64,000 nucleotides of DNA from NCBI GenBank assembly GCA_028279805.1, contig JANQMZ010000007.1, positions 729,092-793,091 of the forward strand, in the 5' to 3' direction. The stretch comes from an archaeon. GTDB taxonomy: Archaea; Iainarchaeota; Iainarchaeia; Iainarchaeales; JANQMZ01. The notes below the pieces were generated by a model. It did no database searches. It had not been told where the DNA came from and worked only from the letters and a program-made list of their open reading frames with translations. Positions 9,261 to 19,142 of this stretch are shown here, piece after piece; the first letter of the stretch is position 1, and each line of letters starts with the position of its first letter. Both the position numbers and the translations under genes were made by a program.

Positions 9261-9893
9261 ATGGCAAAATTTTCAGACAGGCAGAAAAAAATAGCGGTAG
9301 AATTGTTAAACGGCAATAAAACTGTTCAGGAATTATCTCAAATTTTAAAAATTCATGAGGATGACATTAAAGATTCTTTAAATTTAATGAAAGAATTAAA
9401 ACTTGTTTCAGAAAAAAATGAAAAATTTTCATTATCTGAAAAAATTGTAAAAGATTTAAAAAACAGGCAAAATTTAATGGAACAGGATCCTTTTGATATA
9501 AGAATTTCAGCAATAATTGAAATGCAGGCGGTTGAAAAAGATTTATTGCAGAAAACAGTTAATGATTTGGAAAAAGCAATAAAAAAAGAAAAAAGGTTTA
9601 CAGTTTATTCAACAAATGTTGATGAAGTAAAAGAATTGGACACAGGTTATTATTCAACTTTAATTGATTTAAATCTGACATTAAAAGATTTCAGGTCATT
9701 AATTTATTTTATTTATTTTTATGGCCCAAGTTCTGTTGAAATATTAAGGCCAAATGAGCTAAAAATAAAAGCAGACGATTTACAGGAAGGATTAATGGAT
9801 GCTTTGGAAATGATTCACAAATATAACAATTATGTGAGCAAGATTCTGAGCAAGGAAGATGTTGAAAAATTAATGAAAAAAATATACAAATAA
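9261..9893 (+). CDS. hypothetical protein with N-terminal winged-helix-like segment
   Basis: Start taken at the internal Met (MAKFSDRQKK...); immediately upstream of the S-layer promoter. Confidence 0.35.
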   Translation: MAKFSDRQKKIAVELLNGNKTVQELSQILKIHEDDIKDSLNLMKELKLVSEKNEKFSLSEKIVKDLKNRQNLMEQDPFDIRISAIIEMQAVEKDLLQKTVNDLEKAIKKEKRFTVYSTNVDEVKELDTGYYSTLIDLNLTLKDFRSLIYFIYFYGPSSVEILRPNELKIKADDLQEGLMDALEMIHKYNNYVSKILSKEDVEKLMKKIYK

Positions 9894-10079
9894 TACGCTT
9901 TTTGCCGATTTTACGGCATATGGCAATTGTCGAAACATTTTTCAACAAATGCATTAAAATCCCCCTTTAAAAGCGTTTTATTTAACTTTTGATTTTTGAA
10001 AAAACGATAGGTATTTAAAGGACATGAAGCATTTGATAGTACAATCTTGACATATTTCTGTCTTCTACAGCCAGTAGAC

Positions 10080-10130
10080 TGGCAGAATTATTTAAGGCTT
10101 TTTTAGCCGAAAAATCAAAAAACGAGGTGA
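10080..10130 (+). promoter_or_regulatory. promoter of the surface-protein gene: purine-rich BRE, TATA box TTATTTAA (10088-10095), SD GAGGTGA (10124-10130)
   Basis: TATA-like octamer 46 nt upstream of ATG 10141, then an SD about 10 nt upstream of the ATG; imperfect palindrome CAGCCAGTAGACTGGCAG just upstream (10068-10085). Confidence 0.4.
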
Positions 10131-10140
10131 AACAAAAAAT

Positions 10141-13002
10141 ATGAAAAGACTAAACGTCAAAAAATTAGTCGCAATAGGTGCTGGTGCCGCTTTAGTCGGT
10201 GCAGCTTTGGCTCCGATTGTCTCAGCACAATCAGGCGTTGTAAAAGGCGACTTAATTTCTGACACAGGTAGTCCTTTGGTTGACGTTGTTGTAGGTGCAT
10301 CTGCAGCTAATTCTGATGTTGTTTGGGCATCCAATATTGCTTCAAGAATTGCTCAGTTAGCAACAGTTTCAACAACAACAGATGTTGACGGCGACGGATC
10401 AATTGACATCACAGTCGGTGGAACAACCACGTATGGCGGATCAGCAAAAACTTATGATTCAAGTACATACACTTTGAAAACCGACACAGGAGAAGCAAAT
10501 GAATTTGCTGACCTGAAACTAGGTGCTTCACAGCTTGATTTCCTATCTAATGGTACTGAGAGCTACACTTTTGACGGAACTTCATACGAACAAACCGTTA
10601 AAGAAAGAATCTGGATTAACGCAGATGCCAGATTTTTGCACAGCAGCACAAAAGTTCAGGATTTAGTAGTTCAAATGAAAAATACTGGTGACTTCAACTA
10701 TGAGGTTACATTCAGTAAAGGTTTGCCGGTTTCAGACGGACTAAACAAACCAAAAACAAACAAATTCAAAGATGACGGAAACGACAGTATTACATTTCCA
10801 TTTTTGGGAGTGGACTACAGTTTGTTCAGAGCACAGGACACCGGAGGCGTTAAAGAAATCAGATTGTTGAAATCAACAGACGCTAAAAAAAGATATTTTT
10901 CCGGGGATTCACTAACAGGATTGAAAGGAACAGGAGCTCACGAAGGTGAAAACCTAAGCCTTACAATTGACAACATTGTGCAATCCACAAGCCAGTCATC
11001 ATTTGAAGTTGAAATAAGTTTGTGGGACGAGGAAGGCAATTTGCTTGACTCAGAAACAGCCGGCGAGGGACAATTCCTTGAAACAATTTTGGAAGGTTCA
11101 GACGGCAAAACAGCATTGGACACATCTCTTTTCACTGAAAAAATCAGACAGGACATTGAAACAAGTCAGGGTTATGTAACCATGACAAGAGGAGATGACC
11201 TGATTATTTTGAGAGATGGACAAGAATTTCCATATGATTCAACATCAACAGGAACAAGCAATCACAACTGGGTTGTTAACCTGACATCAGGAACATCTTC
11301 AACTCCGGACGTTAACGCGTTCACAAAAATTACCATCAAAAACCAGAACACAAAATGGAATGTTAACAATCCGCTTTGGGCTGGTAACGATGCATTAACA
11401 GAATCAGGAATGGAAGGTTCAAATGAAGCAGTTCTTTTACAGGACTATTCAGAAGACACAATCGGTTACGGATATGCATCTGTAGTATTCGACGGATTCA
11501 AAAATGATCAGGATTTAACCAAGTTCCAGTTAGGAAACGGCAACATGGTTTACTTTGATTCAACTGATGAAGTTGAAAGAACAGTTCCGTTTGTAATTGC
11601 TTTGGACCACAGTGGAGACCCAAATGATGAAAGTTCATTCACATTGTTGAATCAGACTTTCTATTACAGGACAAACTCCACAGACGTCAATGTATTACTG
11701 ACTCAAAACGCAAAATTGAACGGTTTTGCAATTGACCTGAATGCCGGAGCGGTAAGTTGTGGTATTGGATTCCATGACCAAAGTACAAGTAGTGCAACTG
11801 ACTTGAATGCAGGCACTGCAAGACCGGTTGCAATTGACATCAACCAGGTTCAGTACAGATTACCACATTGTACAAGCACTGGTGCAGTCGGAGGAACAAC
11901 TGTGCAAATGGTTGCAGACGGTAACTTCCAAATTGCAAAAGTGGCATTCGACACTGTTGCAGACGCAGACTACATCGGAACAGACAACAACTTCAATACT
12001 TGGTATTATGAAGACAAAAACGGAGTTAACAGTACATACAATGGTGCTCTATTAGCACTTTCAGGAACCGGTATGGATTCAGAATCATACAAGTATGCAT
12101 ACTATTCAAACGAAAGTGAAAGTGTACTTTGGTTGCTGTTAGACAAAGCAACAACATGGACAGGACAATACACATACACTCCTACATTCATAGGAACTGA
12201 CACTGTTGAAGACGGAACAATTGACCTAAACTGGTTCCACCCAGACGACTTGAGACTTGGTGGAGACGAAGCTGACAACACTAAATTTGTTGCAAAATTC
12301 CAGTTGGATGACAACGGAGGCGGAACAGCTGGTACAGAAATCTATTTGCATGCTCTACTTGAAGATGATGCAGATATCATTTCATTACCGGACAACGAAC
12401 TGAGCAGATACACTGTTGACGCAAACTATGATGGTGGAACAAAAGCCGCAATCTGGTCAATGAGTTACAGAACTGACTCAGACAGTTTCTTTGACCAAGC
12501 ATGGACTGACTTTGGTACAAAGTACAGTGTTGCTGACGGAGAAACATTCCAAGCATGGATTCCTGACAACAGATTGAACCTGAGCTTGACTGTAAGAGGA
12601 ACTGATTCAACTGAAACAACAACAGGTGGACAGGACTTTACAGGTGTTACATCAGGAAGCACTGTTACAACTGATACTGGAACAACAGTAACAGTCGGAA
12701 CAGTCGGTGGAACATCCTCAGGACAAACCGTTGTGCCAGCAGGAGACCTGGTCGTTTTAGACTCAGGTGTTTCAGCAGGCGGAAACCATGTAATTGTCGG
12801 TGGATACATTGTCAACTCACTAGCACAAGGATTAGTGTTAGGCGATGGAACAACACTGGAAGAATCATTGACATCATCTTCAAGCGACTATGTCCTTGAA
12901 AAATTGTCAAATGGTGACTTCGTTGTTGCTGGTTACACTGCCGCACAAACAGGTTTAGCAGCACAAGAGTTCATTGATGAACTTGAAGCTTTGTTAGCCT
13001 GA
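10141..13002 (+). CDS. secreted Thr/Ser/Gly/Asp-rich surface protein, candidate S-layer glycoprotein
   Basis: 953 aa; signal peptide MKRLNVKKLVAIGAGAALVGAALAPIVSAQ; many N-x-S/T sequons; only 2 Cys; acidic; GC clearly above the window background; strong promoter, SD and terminator. Confidence 0.6.
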   Translation: MKRLNVKKLVAIGAGAALVGAALAPIVSAQSGVVKGDLISDTGSPLVDVVVGASAANSDVVWASNIASRIAQLATVSTTTDVDGDGSIDITVGGTTTYGGSAKTYDSSTYTLKTDTGEANEFADLKLGASQLDFLSNGTESYTFDGTSYEQTVKERIWINADARFLHSSTKVQDLVVQMKNTGDFNYEVTFSKGLPVSDGLNKPKTNKFKDDGNDSITFPFLGVDYSLFRAQDTGGVKEIRLLKSTDAKKRYFSGDSLTGLKGTGAHEGENLSLTIDNIVQSTSQSSFEVEISLWDEEGNLLDSETAGEGQFLETILEGSDGKTALDTSLFTEKIRQDIETSQGYVTMTRGDDLIILRDGQEFPYDSTSTGTSNHNWVVNLTSGTSSTPDVNAFTKITIKNQNTKWNVNNPLWAGNDALTESGMEGSNEAVLLQDYSEDTIGYGYASVVFDGFKNDQDLTKFQLGNGNMVYFDSTDEVERTVPFVIALDHSGDPNDESSFTLLNQTFYYRTNSTDVNVLLTQNAKLNGFAIDLNAGAVSCGIGFHDQSTSSATDLNAGTARPVAIDINQVQYRLPHCTSTGAVGGTTVQMVADGNFQIAKVAFDTVADADYIGTDNNFNTWYYEDKNGVNSTYNGALLALSGTGMDSESYKYAYYSNESESVLWLLLDKATTWTGQYTYTPTFIGTDTVEDGTIDLNWFHPDDLRLGGDEADNTKFVAKFQLDDNGGGTAGTEIYLHALLEDDADIISLPDNELSRYTVDANYDGGTKAAIWSMSYRTDSDSFFDQAWTDFGTKYSVADGETFQAWIPDNRLNLSLTVRGTDSTETTTGGQDFTGVTSGSTVTTDTGTTVTVGTVGGTSSGQTVVPAGDLVVLDSGVSAGGNHVIVGGYIVNSLAQGLVLGDGTTLEESLTSSSSDYVLEKLSNGDFVVAGYTAAQTGLAAQEFIDELEALLA

Positions 13003-13010
13003 ATAAAATA

Positions 13011-13055
13011 ATAGGTCTTTGAGGCCTATCCCCTTTTTCTTTTTTTTTATTTTTC
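13011..13055 (+). terminator. hairpin plus oligo-T terminator after the surface-protein gene
   Basis: ATAGGTC-TTTGA-GGCCTAT 7-bp stem, followed by CCCCTTTTTCTTTTTTTTTATTTTT. Confidence 0.5.
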
Positions 13056-13099
13056 CTATTTTTTTCATGGAAAAAAATTGATTATGTATAAGAAATGCT

Positions 13100-13777
13100 T
13101 TGTGTTTTCCTTTTAAATCTTTTTCAGCTTTTTTAGTACAGGTGTATTTTTTGATTTCAAAAGAATGGATTTTGTTTATTGCCATTGCATTAACCGTTTT
13201 TCTGGGTGCTTTTTATTTTTTAAATCCTTTAAATTTTCACGATTTTGAGTTTTCTTTTCAGAAAAACGGGGTTAATTTTTTTTCAAACACTGCAGAACCT
13301 GAAAATCTTTTTACTTCTTTGTCTAACAGAAAACAGGTTTACATTTTTGCTTCAACAACTCAAAATCCAAGCCCTGACAATTCTTTAATTGCCAACAATT
13401 TTGTTATTCCTTTTTCAACTGTTGTTTCAGGAAACGATAAGGAGTTGTCAATTTTTTTAAAAGTAATGAATTCTGATAACAGCAAAATTATTGAATGTCT
13501 TGCCAAATTTCCGGAAGAAAATGAGCCAAGAACAATTCCAAGGAGCCAGTGCCTTAACTTTGCTGAATCAGAGGATTATTTTGTTACAAAAATTTTTGCA
13601 GATTTTCCTGATTCAGCTTCAAGAGGGATTGTTTTGATTGATGATAAATCAATAACAATTGAGGCAAAAGATTATAGCCAGTTAAAAATTTTTTCATTTG
13701 AAACTCTTAAAGCATTGTTTTCAAACACGGATAGTATTATTAATAATTCAAATAATCTTGTTAATCTGGTTAAATAG
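13100..13777 (+). CDS. hypothetical protein with N-terminal signal anchor
   Basis: ORF from TTG 13100; the real start may be the TTG near 13151 ((M)ISKEWILFIAIALTVFLGAFYFL); no motif. Confidence 0.35.
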   Translation: MCFPFKSFSAFLVQVYFLISKEWILFIAIALTVFLGAFYFLNPLNFHDFEFSFQKNGVNFFSNTAEPENLFTSLSNRKQVYIFASTTQNPSPDNSLIANNFVIPFSTVVSGNDKELSIFLKVMNSDNSKIIECLAKFPEENEPRTIPRSQCLNFAESEDYFVTKIFADFPDSASRGIVLIDDKSITIEAKDYSQLKIFSFETLKALFSNTDSIINNSNNLVNLVK

Positions 13778-13782
13778 GTGTT

Positions 13783-14793
13783 TTGTTGTTTAAAAAAATT
13801 GATATGGCTTTTGTTTTCAAGGCATTCTTGACTCTTGTAATAGTTCTTGTATTGCTTTCTGTTCTTGCATCCCTTAACGGAGCGTCAGATGTTCTTCAGG
13901 GAACTGATTTTAAAATTCTTGCAATTGCTGCTGTTTTTTTTATAATTTCAATTATTTTATGGCTTTTTTCATGGACTTATTTGTTAAAAAAAGAACTGAA
14001 AATTTCTTCTTTTAAAATAATTTTAACAGGTTTTTCATCTGTTTTTGGTTCTCTGACTCCTGTTCAGCTTGGAGCTGATGCCATGAGAAGTTTTTTGTTA
14101 AAAGACCTGTTCAAAGTGCCTTTTACCAAATCTTTGTCTGCTTCAATGGCTGTTAAAGGCGTTAAATTTTCAATTCTTGCATTAACTTCTTCAGCTATTC
14201 TTGCTTATTTTATTTTTATCGGCAAACTCTCTCATTTTATGTTTTTTTCACTTATTTCAGGCTTTGTTGTTGTTATCGCTGCAACTTTATTGTTTTTACT
14301 GCCTTTGAATAAAAAGGCCGGGAAAAAAATTGTTAATTTTTTTAAAACGTTGTCCAAAAGGTTTTCACGGTTGTCACGTGTTGACAATTATTTTACAAAT
14401 TATTCTTCTTATTTGCAGGCACTGCCTTTGAAAACATTTTCAGTTGTTTTTCTTTTTTCTTTTTTGTCCTGGGTTTTTGAATTTTTTGCATTGTTTTTTG
14501 TTTTTGAGTCTTTGTCTATAAGCATTCCTATTATGCCTCTTTTAACTTTGTTTATTTTACTGGCTGTTCTTGAAAGAACTCCTTTCACTCCAAAAGGCCT
14601 TGGATTGGTTGAGGTTGGAGGCTTTTTGTTTTTGTCTTTTCCTATAATCGGGCAGTTTTCATTGTCTTTGGGTGAAACTGCTTCAATAATGATTGTTTTT
14701 AATATTGTGAGAATAATTGTTCCGGTGTTGATGTCAATTTTGGTTTTTCTTTTATTTGTTCCCAGAAAATTATATCAAGCCAAAAAAAGTTAG
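13783..14793 (+). CDS. polytopic membrane protein (flippase-like / UPF0104-type)
   Basis: 336 aa, 8 or more predicted TM helices; resembles the lysyl-PG synthase TM / flippase-like family often found beside glycosyltransferases. Confidence 0.4.
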   Translation: MLFKKIDMAFVFKAFLTLVIVLVLLSVLASLNGASDVLQGTDFKILAIAAVFFIISIILWLFSWTYLLKKELKISSFKIILTGFSSVFGSLTPVQLGADAMRSFLLKDLFKVPFTKSLSASMAVKGVKFSILALTSSAILAYFIFIGKLSHFMFFSLISGFVVVIAATLLFLLPLNKKAGKKIVNFFKTLSKRFSRLSRVDNYFTNYSSYLQALPLKTFSVVFLFSFLSWVFEFFALFFVFESLSISIPIMPLLTLFILLAVLERTPFTPKGLGLVEVGGFLFLSFPIIGQFSLSLGETASIMIVFNIVRIIVPVLMSILVFLLFVPRKLYQAKKS

Positions 14794-15714
14794 CCAGAAA
14801 AACATGTTTACTGCAACTATTAGTAAAATAATTGTAACAAGTGTTGTTTCTTTTTTTGCTCCTAAAATTTTTATTAAAAGTTTTGCAAAATCGTATTTTT
14901 TTTTGCCTTGTGGAAAATCTATTTTGTTTTCTTTGTTTAAATAGTAAGGCTTGCTTGTTCTCTGGCTTGCATCTTTCGGGTTTGTTAAAATTTTTAACAG
15001 AATGTCAATAGTGTGTGGAATAAAAAAAGCCATGCTTATTATCATTAAATTTGTATTTTGTGTTAAAACAATCAAACCGGATAAACCTGCACCTATCAGC
15101 AAAGTGCCGCTGTCTCCGGGAAAAACTTTTGCAGGGTAAAAATTGAACAGTAATAATGCTAAAATTCCTCCTGTTAAAACAATTCCAGGCAAAAAATATG
15201 GCGTGCCTGCCAGCAGAAACAAAAATCCTGTTGAAACAATTAAACCTGAGCCTATTTCCCATCCGTTTAGTCCTGCAAATGTGTTCTGGAAAGAAGCAAT
15301 TCCGGCAACATATAATGCTGCCAGCAAAACCCAGAGTATTTCCTGTTTAAAATAAATGTATGCAAAAACAAGTGAAATTATTCCTATTAAAAAAGCTCTT
15401 AAAAACCAGCTTTGTGGTTTGCCTGTAAATTTGTGTTTTGTATCATCTTTGAATCCTACGAATGAAAAAAGTGTTATCATTCCGCTCCAGATGAGATAAT
15501 TAATATTAAAGGAGTTGAAATAAAAATAAAGTGAGAAAATCCAGGCTGTTAAAAGTAAGGATATTCCCACGCTTTCCGGTAAAAATATTTCTTTTTTTTT
15601 GTTTATATCAAGCCCGGTTATTTTTCTTTTTTTGTTCCATTTTCCTATAAACCAGATTGTGATAAATGTAATCAAAAATGATGCTGCCAAAAACATCAAT
15701 GTTTCTGAAATCAT
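14770..15714 (-). CDS. aglH: UDP-GlcNAc:dolichyl-phosphate GlcNAc-1-phosphate transferase-like (AglH / MraY-WecA family)
   Basis: Multi-TM; FKDDTKHKF, NTFAGLNGWEIG and KVFPGDSGTLLIGAG match the conserved family motifs. Confidence 0.55.
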   Translation of the reverse strand: MISETLMFLAASFLITFITIWFIGKWNKKRKITGLDINKKKEIFLPESVGISLLLTAWIFSLYFYFNSFNINYLIWSGMITLFSFVGFKDDTKHKFTGKPQSWFLRAFLIGIISLVFAYIYFKQEILWVLLAALYVAGIASFQNTFAGLNGWEIGSGLIVSTGFLFLLAGTPYFLPGIVLTGGILALLLFNFYPAKVFPGDSGTLLIGAGLSGLIVLTQNTNLMIISMAFFIPHTIDILLKILTNPKDASQRTSKPYYLNKENKIDFPQGKKKYDFAKLLIKILGAKKETTLVTIILLIVAVNMFFWLTFFGLI

Positions 15715-15737
15715 GTTAAAATTTAATTGGAAAAGAT

Positions 15738-16994
15738 TTAAGTGTTTATTTCTTTTTGTTTTAGTATTTCTTTCACAACCGCGGTAGCATAAGCGCCTTT
15801 GTCTAATTCAAATGAAATGACACATTTTAGTTTTTTTTCAAAAAATTCATCTTCATCTATTTTTACAATTTTTAATTTTTTTGGAAATAAAACAATTTCT
15901 TTTCTGTGCCCTTTTGATGAGCATTCTGCCAGTTTTTTTAATTTAAAATCTTTAAATGAAACTTTTTCTTTTTTTAAAATTTCTTTTTCCAGTTTTCCTA
16001 TTTTTCCTTTTGAAAAAGAACTTTCATAGCCGGGAAGCAAACCCACTGGAATTCCTTTTTCTTCAGGTTCTCCTTTTTGTAAACCTAATCCGATTCCTGT
16101 TTCAAATCTTTTGTTTATAATTTCATTAAAAATGTAAGACTGGTAAGCATGTGTGAATAAAAAACGCATTTTTTTGGGAATTTTTGCAAAAGCACCTGTA
16201 AAATCTTTGGGGTGAATGCTTAAATGCTGTAACATTGCTCTTTCATATTTTTGTTTTACAGGCATATCTTTTAATGCCTGTTTAAAATTTTTTGTTTTTT
16301 TCAGGTTTTTTCTTGCTTTTTTTATTTCATTTTCTTCTTTTTCATTCGGATAAGTCAGGTAAAGCATTACTGCTTTTTTGATGTTTCCCAATACCAGTTG
16401 TTTTCCAACCAGATGCGTTATCTGCCTCATTCCTCCAAATCTTTGTTCTCCAAAATAATTCGGAATTCCTTTTTTCATTTCTTTAAAACATTTGTTAATT
16501 CTTTTTTTCAATTCTTTTTCATTCAAATCAATATCTCTTATTGTTATCGTAAAACTGTTTCCTTTTAAATCCCCTAATTCAATTCTTTTTTTTCCCCATG
16601 AACCGTTCCTCAACTCTATTCCTCTTAAATTTAATTTTTCCAGTCTTTCAATGTTTGGTTTCCATATGCTTATTCTCTGGCAGGTTATTGCTCTTTTATC
16701 TTTTAATCCGGCATAACCTATTCTTTTCTGGCTACACCCCAGAAATCTTGAAATAATTTTTAATGCAAGTGTTAAATCGGTGTTTATTTTTTCCAGGTCA
16801 AAATGCAGCTGTTCTAATTTTTCAGAATTTTCCGGAACCTGTGCAGGTTTTTTGTTTTCATTGTTTTGATTGTCAAATCTTTCAATTTTGCACTTTTCTC
16901 CGTTTTTTTTTATTTCTTCAACAATAAAATCAGAATATCTTCTTTTTATTCTGCCTTTAAAGCCTTTTGTTGTGGTTGAATAATGTGTTTTCAT
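15738..16994 (-). CDS. truD: tRNA pseudouridine synthase TruD/Pus7 family
   Basis: N-terminal RYSDFIVEEI; NYFGEQRFGG motif; 418 aa. Confidence 0.7.
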   Translation of the reverse strand: MKTHYSTTTKGFKGRIKRRYSDFIVEEIKKNGEKCKIERFDNQNNENKKPAQVPENSEKLEQLHFDLEKINTDLTLALKIISRFLGCSQKRIGYAGLKDKRAITCQRISIWKPNIERLEKLNLRGIELRNGSWGKKRIELGDLKGNSFTITIRDIDLNEKELKKRINKCFKEMKKGIPNYFGEQRFGGMRQITHLVGKQLVLGNIKKAVMLYLTYPNEKEENEIKKARKNLKKTKNFKQALKDMPVKQKYERAMLQHLSIHPKDFTGAFAKIPKKMRFLFTHAYQSYIFNEIINKRFETGIGLGLQKGEPEEKGIPVGLLPGYESSFSKGKIGKLEKEILKKEKVSFKDFKLKKLAECSSKGHRKEIVLFPKKLKIVKIDEDEFFEKKLKCVISFELDKGAYATAVVKEILKQKEINT

Positions 16995-17007
16995 TTTTTT
17001 CCATCAG

Positions 17008-18246
17008 TTATTTGTATCTTAGTAAAGCACCGATTCCGCCAAAGCTTTTCAAAAACTGTTCCCCTTCCTCTGTTTCAATGCTTACAATTGTTGTTTTTGT
17101 TCCGGTGTTTTCAGCTTTTTCCATTAAATGTTCAATGTAATCAATTTCCTCAATTAATTCAGCGTTATCCGGATGCTTGTGCTGTGCTTCTTTTATTGAA
17201 TCAATTATTTGTTCAAAAGTTGTTTCATTTTTTAAATTTTTATAAACAAAAACAAGTTTGTCAATTTCCTCACTTAATAAAAGGTTTTCAACCTTGCCTG
17301 ATTCCAAATCTTTTTCAACCTGTTCTTGTCCGAACGAAGCTAAACTGTTTTTTGCAATTTTTTCAAAAAATTCCTGGACAACTTTTTTTTCTTTCATTAT
17401 TTCGGAATCTTTTAAAATTTCATCAGATTTGTTAACAGTTTCTCTTATGCCGGATTCATTTGTATAACTTGTATCAATTTTTCCGATTGTTTTTTCAGCA
17501 ATCCTGTAATCCATTAATTCTTCTTCTTCAAATGAATTTTTTGTAATTCCCGGTCCTGCCAATATTATTCCTTTTAATTTGTTTTCAAGAGGCAAAAATG
17601 CTGAATTCATTTGTTCAGCTATTTCCTTAAAAAAATTATGCTTAGCTTCCTCCCTTAATCTTTCAAACCGGTGTGCGGACTGTCCTCCTGCCCGTGATTT
17701 TCCTGCAACCCTGCTTTTAAAATTTCCAACAATTTCATATTTTTTTCCTCTTAACAATGCAATTGTCGCTTCATTTTTGTCAATTGCTAAAATTCCATAT
17801 AATTCTCCGGGTTCCGCCATTTGTTCCAGTGGCTCCAAATGAAAAGTTGAATCACACCTGTACAGTTTTGTTTCCAGTGCACGAACAGGTTTTACTGTTA
17901 AAAGTTTTATATCTGTTTTTCCTCTTGTCTCACTTACATTTCCTGAAAAAATCACAAGCCCTGTTTTTGGAATTTTAAAATCAATTTGTTTTAAAAAATT
18001 TATAATTTTTTTTAAAGCTCCTTGAACGTTTTTCCTGGTTTTCTGGTCTTTAATATTGGAACTTTGGCTCATTTCCTCTGTTAATTGTGCTGTTACTGTG
18101 CTTCTATCTGCATCCGCCGGCAAATATAAGGAGATTAACTCTGTTCCGAATCCCTTATAGTTTTCTATTTTTTTGAGTTTTTTTCTGAAAACCGTTTTTT
18201 CAGCAGCACTTGCTTCATAGTTTAAATTTTTCATTTTTTCACCCAA
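17008..18246 (-). CDS. prf1: peptide chain release factor aRF1
   Basis: GGQ motif (RAGGQSAHRFERLREE); the domain-1 NIKS-type motif reads NIKD here. Confidence 0.85.
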   Translation of the reverse strand: MGEKMKNLNYEASAAEKTVFRKKLKKIENYKGFGTELISLYLPADADRSTVTAQLTEEMSQSSNIKDQKTRKNVQGALKKIINFLKQIDFKIPKTGLVIFSGNVSETRGKTDIKLLTVKPVRALETKLYRCDSTFHLEPLEQMAEPGELYGILAIDKNEATIALLRGKKYEIVGNFKSRVAGKSRAGGQSAHRFERLREEAKHNFFKEIAEQMNSAFLPLENKLKGIILAGPGITKNSFEEEELMDYRIAEKTIGKIDTSYTNESGIRETVNKSDEILKDSEIMKEKKVVQEFFEKIAKNSLASFGQEQVEKDLESGKVENLLLSEEIDKLVFVYKNLKNETTFEQIIDSIKEAQHKHPDNAELIEEIDYIEHLMEKAENTGTKTTIVSIETEEGEQFLKSFGGIGALLRYK

Positions 18247-18335
18247 TTTTAAAGCAAAAAGCTTTAAATAATGAAAATAGCTTTACTATAAGAATAAAGC
18301 CAAGAGGGCTTAAAAAGTTATTTTTACGTGTTTCA

Positions 18336-19142
18336 ATGTTTGATGAAAGTTTTTTTGAAATGTATAATCAGGATAATGATGAGGAGGAATCTTCCGCAGC
18401 AACCACTACTTCCCAGATTGAAAGAACCGTTGAATCTATTGATTCTTCAAAAATTTTTGTTTTGTCAATAGGCGGGTCAATTATTGCAAATGACAAACCG
18501 AATTCGACTTATATTGCAAAATTGTCAGAAACTTTAACAAAACTTGAACAGGAAGGTTACAGGTTTGTTTTGGTTATAGGCGGGGGGGCAATTGCAAGAA
18601 ATTATATGGCTTCAGCCAAATCTTTGGGTGCAAACAATTTTGAACAGGATCAGATTGGAATTTTTTCATCAAGATTAAATGCAATGGTTGTAATTCGGGG
18701 TGTTGTCAATTCTTATCCTTCTGTGTTAAAAAAAATTGAAGAATCAAAAACAATTTTGCAAAACGGCAAAATTCCTGTTTTCGGAGGAATTCTTCCGGGT
18801 GCCACAACAGATTTTGTAGGAGCTTTAATTGCAGAATATCTTCAGGCAACTTTTATTAATATGTCAAATGTGGACGGAGTTTATTCATCTGATCCAACCG
18901 ATAATCCAAGAGCAAAACTTTTTACAGAAATTTCTTATGAAAAACTTTTATCTTTAATGAAATTGCATTCATCTTCCCCGGGCCCGCATGTTATTATGGA
19001 TGTGCCTGCCTGCCTTGTCATAAAACGTTCAAAAATTCCGACACTTGTAATTGATGGAAATGATTTGGAAAATTTTGAAAATGCCGTTCATGGCACGGAT
19101 TTTAAGGGAACAATTGTAGGCTCTTTTGAACAGGAAGACTAA
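18336..19142 (+). CDS. pyrH: amino-acid-kinase family protein, probably UMP kinase
   Basis: LSIGGSIIAN and FVLVIGGGAIARNYM glycine-rich motifs; start taken at internal Met 18336, avoiding overlap with the divergent aRF1 start. Confidence 0.55.
   Translation: MFDESFFEMYNQDNDEEESSAATTTSQIERTVESIDSSKIFVLSIGGSIIANDKPNSTYIAKLSETLTKLEQEGYRFVLVIGGGAIARNYMASAKSLGANNFEQDQIGIFSSRLNAMVVIRGVVNSYPSVLKKIEESKTILQNGKIPVFGGILPGATTDFVGALIAEYLQATFINMSNVDGVYSSDPTDNPRAKLFTEISYEKLLSLMKLHSSSPGPHVIMDVPACLVIKRSKIPTLVIDGNDLENFENAVHGTDFKGTIVGSFEQED

Noticed and set aside
13055-13075. TTTTTTTC-ATG-GAAAAAAA AT-only inverted repeat after the S-layer terminator
   Set aside because: It is composed only of A/T homopolymers. 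It would form a very weak hairpin and is more likely part of the T-tract terminator or promoter AT-richness.
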